Below, piece after piece: positions 25,912 through 32,000 of a stretch of DNA of 32,000 nt. The position numbers and the translations under genes are program-made. The notes beneath the pieces are model-generated. The model did not search any database. It was not told the origin of the DNA and was given only the letters and a program-made list of their open reading frames with translations. Every line of letters starts with the position of its first letter. Positions within the stretch are counted from its first letter, which is position 1. The stretch is from Geobacteraceae bacterium (GTDB lineage: Bacteria; Desulfobacterota; Desulfuromonadia; Geobacterales; Pseudopelobacteraceae): the NCBI GenBank assembly GCA_025355325.1, contig JANXZX010000098.1, forward strand, positions 1 to 32,000, in the 5' to 3' direction.

Positions 25912-26979
25912 ATGGCACGCATTGATGCACTCTTTAATATGATGAAGGAACAAGGGGCATCCGACCTGCATCTTTCCACCGGCAATCCGCCTATTTTCCG
26001 TCAGCGCGGCGAAATGGTGCGCCTCAATTTCAAGCCACTGGGACACGATGAACTGAAAGCGATCCTGTTTGAAATTTTGACTGAAAAACAGCAGGCACAC
26101 TTCACAGAAACCAAGGACCTCGATTTTGCCTATGAAGTCCCCGGATTAGCACGTTTCAGAGGCAATATCATGATGCAGTACCGTGGTATTGCTGCGGTAT
26201 TCCGTATCATTCCCACAAAAATACTTTCGGCGGATGAATTAGGTCTTCCCGAAGGCGTACGCCGCATGACCAACTTCAAAAAAGGGATGGTGCTGGTGAC
26301 CGGGCCGACCGGATCCGGCAAGTCAACTACGCTCGCGGGCATGATTGACCTCATCAACTCAAGCCGCAAGGAACATATCCTGACCTTCGAGGACCCGCTG
26401 GAGTTCATTCATGAAAACAAAATGTCACTCCTGAATCAGCGTCAGATCGGTGAACATACTGAAAGTTTTGCTTCAGCGCTCCGGGCGGCGCTTCGTGAAG
26501 ATCCCGACGTCATACTGGTAGGCGAAATGCGCGACCTGACGACCATACAACTCGCCATGAGTGCGGCAGAAACCGGGCATCTGGTTTTTGGCACGCTGCA
26601 CACCAGCACTGCGGCAAAGACGGTTGACCGGATTATCGACGTGTTCCCGACCGACCAGCAGGAACAGGTTCGCGCCATGCTGTCCGAATCATTAAAGGGG
26701 GTAATCTGCCAGCAGCTCCTGAAGACCGCCGACGGCAAGGGCCGCGTTGCCGCGCTTGAAATTATGCTCGGCACCCCGGCAATCGCCAACCTGATTCGCG
26801 AAGGGAAGACATTCCAGATTCCATCTATTATGCAGACCGCCAAAAAGGACGGCATGCAGCTGATGGATCAACATCTGCTCGATCTGCTGAAAACGAAGGC
26901 GGTCAACCCGGAAGAAGCCTACCGGTGCGCCAGCGACAAGAAGCAGTTCGAACAATATCTGACACCGGCACCAGCCTGA
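25912..26979 (+). CDS. pilT: Type IV pilus retraction ATPase PilT
   Basis: It has Walker A (GPTGSGKSTT), Walker B (DPDVILVGEMRD), the His box (GHLVFGTLHT) and the PilT signature AIANLIREGK. The start has a GAGGAGG SD before the ATG at 25912. Confidence 0.9.
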   Translation: MARIDALFNMMKEQGASDLHLSTGNPPIFRQRGEMVRLNFKPLGHDELKAILFEILTEKQQAHFTETKDLDFAYEVPGLARFRGNIMMQYRGIAAVFRIIPTKILSADELGLPEGVRRMTNFKKGMVLVTGPTGSGKSTTLAGMIDLINSSRKEHILTFEDPLEFIHENKMSLLNQRQIGEHTESFASALRAALREDPDVILVGEMRDLTTIQLAMSAAETGHLVFGTLHTSTAAKTVDRIIDVFPTDQQEQVRAMLSESLKGVICQQLLKTADGKGRVAALEIMLGTPAIANLIREGKTFQIPSIMQTAKKDGMQLMDQHLLDLLKTKAVNPEEAYRCASDKKQFEQYLTPAPA

Positions 26980-26987
26980 GAGTTATC

Positions 26988-27476
26988 ATGAATTTCAACC
27001 ACTTCGACAAAAGCGGCAATGCCATCATGGTTGATGTCAGCGCCAAGCAGCCAACCATGCGAACCGCCATAGCAGCGGCCGATGTGCGGCTCTCGCCGGA
27101 ACTGCTTGCAGCAATCAAAGCGGGCGGTGTGGCCAAGGGTGATGTGCTCGGTGTAGCCCGTCTGGCCGGAATAATGGCCGCCAAACGAACGTCTGACCTG
27201 ATCCCGCTTTCTCATCCGCTCGCCATCCATAACATCACGGTCGATTTTGAAATGAATGATGTAACCGGAGTGGTTTCAGTACGCTGCACCGTACGGGCCT
27301 TTGAGCGTACCGGTGTAGAAATGGAAGCCATGACCGGAGCCACTCTTGCGGCACTGACGATTTATGACATGTGCAAGGGGAGCGACAAATCAATATCAAT
27401 CGGCGAAATCAGACTGCTGTTCAAGGAAGGCGGCAAGAGCGGCGTTTACCGGCGAGACGTGGATTGCAACGTTTAA
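26988..27476 (+). CDS. moaC: Cyclic pyranopterin monophosphate synthase MoaC
   Basis: Classic MoaC blocks are present: MVDVSAK, GDVLGVARLAGIMAAKRTSDLIPLSHPL, GVEMEAMTGA...YDMCK. The true start is the ATG at 26988; the track start at 26925 overlaps pilT. Confidence 0.9.
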   Translation: MNFNHFDKSGNAIMVDVSAKQPTMRTAIAAADVRLSPELLAAIKAGGVAKGDVLGVARLAGIMAAKRTSDLIPLSHPLAIHNITVDFEMNDVTGVVSVRCTVRAFERTGVEMEAMTGATLAALTIYDMCKGSDKSISIGEIRLLFKEGGKSGVYRRDVDCNV

Positions 27477-27488
27477 TTCGGCATCCAT

Positions 27489-28277
27489 ATGCAGAGTGAA
27501 CAATCCATACGACTTTTCGTTTTTGCAGGAGTCCTCCTGCTTGTCGCTCTCGGAGAAGTAATCGCACCCCGCAGGCCGTTGCAGGACAGCAAAAGAAGAC
27601 GCTGGTTTACCAATATAGCCCTGGTTTTTATCGACACCGCAGCAGTCAGGCTGCTGTTTCCCATCCTTCCCGTTACCCTGGCGCACATTGCTGAAGAGCG
27701 TGGGTGGGGGATTCTCAACTATCTCCACATCTCCCTCTGGCTGAAGGTTCTGCTCAGCGTCATCATTCTCGATTTCATCATCTATCTTCAGCACCGCCTG
27801 TTCCACCATGCCCCGCTTCTGTGGCGCCTGCACCGGATGCACCATACCGACCTTGATCTGGACGTCACCAGCGGCAATCGCTTTCATCCGTTGGAAATCA
27901 TCATCTCGATGCTGATAAAAATGACGGCGGTCGTTCTTCTGGGTGCACCGGCACAAGGAGTGCTCGCCTTTGAGGTGGTGCTGAATGCCTGTGCCATGTT
28001 CAACCACGGCAACATCAAACTTCCGGCTGCGCTGGATCGTCTGCTGCGCCTGGTTATGGTTACCCCGGACATGCACCGCGTCCACCATTCGATCTTTGTC
28101 CGCGAAACCAACAGTAACTTCGGCTTCAACCTTCCCTGGTGGGATCGGATTTGCCGCACCTATCGCCCTCAGCCCGAAAAAGGCCATCTGGATATGACTA
28201 TCGGCCTCAAGGAATATCGCGACCCGGAAAAGCTCACCCTGCCCCATCTGCTGGTTCAGCCGTTTATCTCATCGTGA
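27489..28277 (+). CDS. Fatty acid hydroxylase / sterol desaturase family membrane protein
   Basis: Three histidine boxes (HRLFHH, HRMHHTD, HRVHHS) are present, together with hydrophobic transmembrane segments. Confidence 0.8.
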   Translation: MQSEQSIRLFVFAGVLLLVALGEVIAPRRPLQDSKRRRWFTNIALVFIDTAAVRLLFPILPVTLAHIAEERGWGILNYLHISLWLKVLLSVIILDFIIYLQHRLFHHAPLLWRLHRMHHTDLDLDVTSGNRFHPLEIIISMLIKMTAVVLLGAPAQGVLAFEVVLNACAMFNHGNIKLPAALDRLLRLVMVTPDMHRVHHSIFVRETNSNFGFNLPWWDRICRTYRPQPEKGHLDMTIGLKEYRDPEKLTLPHLLVQPFISS

Positions 28278-28317
28278 CAGACGGCAGATACATATACGCA
28301 TAATTTCAGGAGGCACT

Positions 28318-28932
28318 ATGACAGAACCGAGAAATTTTGATGCTGTGGCAGAGCAGTGGGACGAAGAACCGCGCCGGGTTAAACTGGCCGGAGAAATTGC
28401 GGCGGCCATACAGGAAGGCATTCCGCTTTCGGGTGATTGGGATGCCCTTGATTTCGGCTGTGGCACAGGACTGGTCACCTTTCAGCTTGCTCCGTTTGTC
28501 CACTCAATCACCGGTGTAGACAGTTCGTCAGGAATGATTGAACGTCTTACCGCAAAAATAGCCACAGCCGGTGTTTCAAATGTATCTGCAAAACTCTACA
28601 ATCCGGACACGGCAGAACTGTCCGCCGGGAGATATCATCTCATCACCAGCGCCATGACTCTGCACCACGTTAAAGATATTGTCCCGCTCCTCGCGTCTTT
28701 TAAAGCGTTGCTGCATCCCGGCGGCCGGATAGCACTCGCTGACCTTGAAACAGAGGACGGCAGCTTTCACGAAGACCCCACCGGCGTATTCCATCACGGT
28801 TTCAGTGCCGAAGAACTTTCCGATATGCTCAGGAAGGCCGGTTTTTCCGCTGTTTCCATTGAAACCGCCACAACGATTGTAAAAGGCGAGCGAATTTTCC
28901 CGGTACTTCTGGCTACGGCCACATCCTGTTGA
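28318..28932 (+). CDS. Class I SAM-dependent methyltransferase
   Basis: Motif I is ALDFGCGTGL and the post-I/II pattern includes LHPGGRIALAD. A strong AGGAGG SD lies upstream. Confidence 0.8.
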   Translation: MTEPRNFDAVAEQWDEEPRRVKLAGEIAAAIQEGIPLSGDWDALDFGCGTGLVTFQLAPFVHSITGVDSSSGMIERLTAKIATAGVSNVSAKLYNPDTAELSAGRYHLITSAMTLHHVKDIVPLLASFKALLHPGGRIALADLETEDGSFHEDPTGVFHHGFSAEELSDMLRKAGFSAVSIETATTIVKGERIFPVLLATATSC

Positions 28933-28952
28933 GTGTACTAAATTCTGCCTGC

Positions 28953-28982
28953 TTGACATTGATCCGACTAAACTGGTATGAT
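28953..28982 (+). promoter_or_regulatory. Near-consensus sigma70 promoter with an extended -10
   Basis: The plus strand reads TTGACA (28953-28958), an 18-nt spacer ending in TGG, then TATGAT (28977-28982). This gives a perfect -35, a 5/6 -10 and a TGn extension. Confidence 0.65.
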
Positions 28983-28988
28983 CATTCA

Positions 28989-29064
28989 TTACAATTGTTG
29001 TACCGGATAGCAGATAGCAGATAACACGTCATCGCAAGCCCCGGAAATTTCCGGGGCTTTTTTT
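28989..29064 (+). ncRNA. Candidate ~75-nt sRNA or terminator-containing leader of the DEAD-box helicase gene
   Basis: The unit is bounded by the promoter at 28953-28982 and the intrinsic terminator at 29038-29064. It contains a small hairpin (TACAA-TTG-TTGTA) and the tandem repeat GATAGCAGATAGCAGATA. It has no ORF. Confidence 0.35.
29038..29064 (+). terminator. Rho-independent terminator
   Basis: The perfect 8-bp stem GCCCCGGA/TCCGGGGC (29038-29045/29050-29057) has a 4-nt loop and is followed by a 7-nt T run (29058-29064). It lies 25 nt before the helicase start codon. Confidence 0.85.
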
Positions 29065-29089
29065 CGTACAACCAGAAAGAAGGAGTAGC

Positions 29090-30430
29090 ATGGAGTTTCA
29101 ATCGTTTAATTTACACCCCGTAATCGCAGCAAGTATCAAAGAGGCCGGATATGTCACACCGACGCCGATTCAGAAACAGGCCATACCAACGGTGATGCAG
29201 GGTCGCGACGTCATGGGTCTTGCCCAGACCGGAACCGGCAAGACCGCCGCATTTGCACTGCCGGTACTGAATCGTTTGATGGAAGGGCCGCGCGGCTGCG
29301 TCCGTGCTCTGGTCGTGGCCCCAACCCGCGAACTGGCCGAACAGATTCATGAATCATTCGTGTCGCTGGGAAAAAATACCCGCCTCAAAAGTGTTACCGT
29401 GTACGGCGGAGTCAACGTCAATCCGCAGATTCAGGCGCTCAAAAACGGCGTCGAAATCGTGGTGGCCTGCCCAGGCCGCCTGCTTGACCACATCGGACAA
29501 GGCACTATCGACTTATCACACCTTGAAGTACTGATTCTGGATGAAGCCGATCAGATGTTCGACATGGGCTTTCTGCCCGACATCCGCAAGATTCTGAAAC
29601 ATATCCCGGCAAAACGGCAGACCCTGTTGTTCTCTGCCACCATGCCCCCCAGCATCAATGCGCTTGCTCAGGACATCCTGACGAATCCGGTCACCGTTCA
29701 GGTTGGCAATACCGCGCCTCCGGTCACCGTTTCCCACGCTCTGTACCCGGTGGAACAGCACTTGAAAACGGCGCTGCTGCTGGAGTTGCTGAAGCATACC
29801 GATACCGAATCGGTGCTGATTTTCACCCGAACGAAGCACCGGGCCAAGCGCCTTGGCGAGCAATTGGAGACCGCCGGTTACAAAGCCGCTTCACTGCAGG
29901 GCAACCTGTCCCAGAACCGCCGCCAGGCTGCGCTGGACGGCTTTCGTGATGGTACATACCAGATTCTGGTGGCAACCGATATTGCTGCTCGCGGCATTGA
30001 TGTGTCGCAGATTTCGCACGTCATCAACTACGACATTCCGGACACCCCGGAAGCGTACGTGCACCGCATCGGCCGAACCGGCCGCGCCGCGAAAAGCGGT
30101 GATGCCTTTACCATGGTATGCAGCGATGACACCATCATGGTGCGGACCATCGAGAAAAAACTGGGAGCCCCTCTGGAGCGCCGTACGGTTGCAGGATTTG
30201 ACTACAGCATACCCGCCCCGAAAAAAGACGCCGAGTTTGCCAGACCGCCGCGCGAACCTCGTCCGGCCCGTAAGCCGACTGGCGCCAAAAAAAGTTCTGT
30301 CGGCTCAATAAACCCGTTCAAAAGCGATCATCCCGGCAGCAAACCTGCGGGACGTCCGCAACAGACACGACCGGGAGCAGCTGGTGGTGCACCAAAAACC
30401 GTGTTCAATAGTTCACGGCGCGGGAAATAA
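29090..30430 (+). CDS. rhlE: DEAD-box ATP-dependent RNA helicase (RhlE-like)
   Basis: It has a Q motif (TPTPIQ), motif I (AQTGTGKTAAF), DEAD (ILDEADQM), SAT (FSATMP) and HRIGRTGRA, plus a basic low-complexity C-terminal tail. An AAGGAG SD lies upstream. Confidence 0.9.
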   Translation: MEFQSFNLHPVIAASIKEAGYVTPTPIQKQAIPTVMQGRDVMGLAQTGTGKTAAFALPVLNRLMEGPRGCVRALVVAPTRELAEQIHESFVSLGKNTRLKSVTVYGGVNVNPQIQALKNGVEIVVACPGRLLDHIGQGTIDLSHLEVLILDEADQMFDMGFLPDIRKILKHIPAKRQTLLFSATMPPSINALAQDILTNPVTVQVGNTAPPVTVSHALYPVEQHLKTALLLELLKHTDTESVLIFTRTKHRAKRLGEQLETAGYKAASLQGNLSQNRRQAALDGFRDGTYQILVATDIAARGIDVSQISHVINYDIPDTPEAYVHRIGRTGRAAKSGDAFTMVCSDDTIMVRTIEKKLGAPLERRTVAGFDYSIPAPKKDAEFARPPREPRPARKPTGAKKSSVGSINPFKSDHPGSKPAGRPQQTRPGAAGGAPKTVFNSSRRGK

Positions 30431-30462
30431 TATTTTCGCTAGCATTGTGTCGTAACATCCAA

Positions 30463-30553
30463 AACCACCCCCCCTCAATCCCCCCTTATCAGGGGGGAGG
30501 CCTGAAGCAGAGCATTACAGGCTCTCCCCTGATAAGGGGAGCGGGGAGTGGTT
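30463..30553. repeat. G/C-tract imperfect inverted repeat (REP/MITE-like, possible bidirectional terminator)
   Basis: The left arm reads AACCACCCCCCTCAATCCCCCTTATCAGGGGGGAGGCC. The reverse complement of the right arm reads AACCACTCCCCGCTCCCCTTATCAGGGGAGAGCC. The arms are separated by ~17 nt, and each also contains its own CCCC(C)-N6-GGGG(G) mini-hairpin. Confidence 0.6.
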
Positions 30554-30611
30554 GATTTCAGTAACAGAAGTAATACCCTCCTTGAAATAGTAGTGGTCGA
30601 GGAAGCATTCC

Positions 30612-31493
30612 ATGGGAATATCAAAACACCCCTCTGTCGTCACAATGCCGAAGGTCGAAAAACCATATCCTTCCATCCTCACGTTCCTGAGTAGCCGCTT
30701 CCCCGCTCTATCACCGGATATCTGGGAAAAACGAATATTGGATGGTAAGGTTCTTGACGAAAAAGAACAGCCGATAACGCTGGCTACCGAATACACCCCC
30801 CTGAACCGTATTTTTTATTTTCGCGAAGTCACCTCAGAACCAGCCATTCCATTCGCTGAGAAGATCCTGCACCTTGATGACGAGATTCTGGTCGCCTGCA
30901 AACCGCATTTCCTGCCCGTTACCCCCGGCGGATGTTATGTAAATGAATGTCTACTGAATCGTCTGCGTAAGAGTACCGGAATCGAGGATTTGGCGCCGCT
31001 GCACCGGATTGACCGCGAGACCGCAGGATTAGTTCTCTTCTCCGTTAACAAAAAGAGTAGAGGACTTTATGCTTCACTCTTCATGAATGGACTCGTCGAA
31101 AAGACCTATCAGGCTCTCTCGCTATGTCAACCGACCCAAAAGCCGGAATCATGGCATGTTGAAAACAGAATAGAGCGGGGTGAACCCTGGTTCCGGATGA
31201 AGACGGTTCCCGGCAAGGTGAATGCCCGCTCCGTGATCAAACTGGAAGAAGTCAGAGATGAACTGGCGCGCTTCACTCTGCACCCGCACACCGGCAAAAC
31301 CCACCAGCTGCGAATCCACATGTGCGGCCTCGGCTTCGGGATATTGAACGACCGATATTATCCGGAACTGCAGCCGGAACGGGAGGACAACTTCAATACT
31401 CCGCTCCAGCTTGTCGCTCACCTGCTGCGGTTTAAAGATCCCCTGAGCGGCAGGCAGAGAGATTTTGTTTCCGAACGCACACTTTTGTGGTAA
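30612..31493 (+). CDS. RluA-family pseudouridine synthase
   Basis: The catalytic motif is HRIDRETAGLVLF, and GKTHQLRIH is present. A GAGGAAG SD lies 8 nt upstream of the ATG. Confidence 0.85.
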   Translation: MGISKHPSVVTMPKVEKPYPSILTFLSSRFPALSPDIWEKRILDGKVLDEKEQPITLATEYTPLNRIFYFREVTSEPAIPFAEKILHLDDEILVACKPHFLPVTPGGCYVNECLLNRLRKSTGIEDLAPLHRIDRETAGLVLFSVNKKSRGLYASLFMNGLVEKTYQALSLCQPTQKPESWHVENRIERGEPWFRMKTVPGKVNARSVIKLEEVRDELARFTLHPHTGKTHQLRIHMCGLGFGILNDRYYPELQPEREDNFNTPLQLVAHLLRFKDPLSGRQRDFVSERTLLW

Positions 31494-31544
31494 CTAGCGT
31501 ATGATGTAACCACCTTACGTACTGTCATTTTTGGATACCCGACC

Positions 31545-32000
31545 ATGTTCAAAATAAAACTTAACGAAGAGGCCCGTTTCGGGCTCATTACATTTGTCGC
31601 GTTTCTGGCGCTGCTGCTTTTGATGGTAATATTGAACTTTTTGCTTGGAGGGACAAAAGACAAAACCGCCGTAGAGAAGAAAAAAGAAAAAACCGTCATC
31701 ATAAGCGAGGCGAAGCAAAACAACTCCACCCCGAAACCACTCCCAAAAGCGGTTGTCAGCACGGTACGGGAAGCGATCAAAAAAACTGACCCTGAAACGG
31801 CATACATTGAAATCAATAAAGTGGCGAAAAACTCACCGGAATACGAAGAACTCAGAAAAATAATTGCCGAGGATACCCGGAAACGTAAAGCACCAAAAGT
31901 CCGTAAGGAAGAAGGGACATCACCGAGCGCCCCGATCCGCTACCTTGATGAATCATCTCCGCGCGACAGAATGACAGAGGCGATATTTGTCTATTTTGTG
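31545..32000 (+). CDS. Open-ended ORF (5' part): membrane-anchored Lys/Glu-rich protein of unknown function
   Basis: From the ATG at 31545 there are 152 codons with no stop before the window edge, so the ORF is absent from the track. One N-terminal TM helix (FGLITFVAFLALLLLMVILNFLLGG) is followed by a charged region. It is co-directional with its neighbours. Confidence 0.5.
   Translation, partial: MFKIKLNEEARFGLITFVAFLALLLLMVILNFLLGGTKDKTAVEKKKEKTVIISEAKQNNSTPKPLPKAVVSTVREAIKKTDPETAYIEINKVAKNSPEYEELRKIIAEDTRKRKAPKVRKEEGTSPSAPIRYLDESSPRDRMTEAIFVYFV

Noticed and set aside
26980-26987. The possibility of a Moco riboswitch upstream of moaC.
   Set aside because: Only 8 nt separate the pilT stop from the moaC start, which leaves no room for a riboswitch.
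27396-28247. A 283-aa minus-strand ORF covering almost the whole fatty-acid hydroxylase gene.
   Set aside because: The plus-strand frame carries three canonical histidine boxes and TM segments and is co-directional with its neighbours. The minus-strand product has no motifs and would overlap the moaC 3' end.
30515-30796. A 93-aa minus-strand ORF.
   Set aside because: Its C-terminal part is the translation of the G/C-tract inverted repeat, and the rest is antisense to the 5' end of the pseudouridine synthase gene. It has no SD or motifs.
31418-31816. A 132-aa minus-strand ORF, and the nested 31515-31718 ORF.
   Set aside because: The longer ORF overlaps the 3' end of the RluA-family gene, and both run opposite to all neighbouring genes. 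The plus-strand open-ended ORF with a clean TM helix is the better explanation.
1-32000. A scan for CRISPR arrays, tRNA or rRNA genes, integrases or transposases, and long direct repeats flanking the 12.5-16.1 kb island.
   Set aside because: I saw no regularly spaced repeats, no cloverleaf-like intergenic sequences and no recombinase-like ORFs. The island flanks (12486-12544 and 16065-16143) share no obvious direct repeat.

Overview
All calls here come from reading the sequence and the ORF track by eye. No HMM or BLAST searches were run. The window looks like chromosomal DNA from a Desulfuromonadales/Geobacter-like deltaproteobacterium, but that taxonomic guess is inference from gene content only.

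Every real gene from 1 to 21.4 kb is on the minus strand, and every real gene from 21.5 to 32 kb is on the plus strand.

- **Minus-strand block:** a porin; a methylmalonyl-CoA pathway operon (XRE-cupin regulator, carboxyltransferase, a 969-aa biotin carboxylase/BCCP fusion, mutase large subunit, epimerase); a GlcF-like Fe-S protein; trmFO; topA; dprA; a LysM protein; and a YbgF/CpoB-like protein.
- **Plus-strand block:** a U32 peptidase; dnaB; a PilB/MshE-like protein; pilT; moaC; a fatty-acid hydroxylase; a SAM methyltransferase; a DEAD-box helicase; an RluA-type pseudouridine synthase; and an open-ended membrane-anchored ORF.

The most interesting region is a ~3.6 kb accessory island (12.5-16.1 kb) wedged between topA and trmFO. 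It carries two toxin-antitoxin or defence-like operons:
- a HipA-core kinase followed by a HipS-like/HIRAN fusion protein, with its own promoter and terminator;
- an HTH-ImmA/IrrE metallopeptidase fusion followed by a PIN-like nuclease.

Other notable observations:
- a ~30-bp inverted-repeat pair built from (N)GAGCAAC units brackets a GxxExxY (PD-(D/E)XK-like) gene inside the mutase-epimerase operon;
- the same repeat pair recurs without a gene between trmFO and the Fe-S gene, where it recodes the trmFO 3' end;
- the PilB-like protein has an MshEN-type c-di-GMP motif but a degenerate ATPase core, and sits beside pilT;
- a near-consensus promoter plus an intrinsic terminator forms a ~75-nt leader or sRNA unit immediately upstream of the DEAD-box helicase.

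I saw no rRNA, tRNA, CRISPR array, integrase or transposase.
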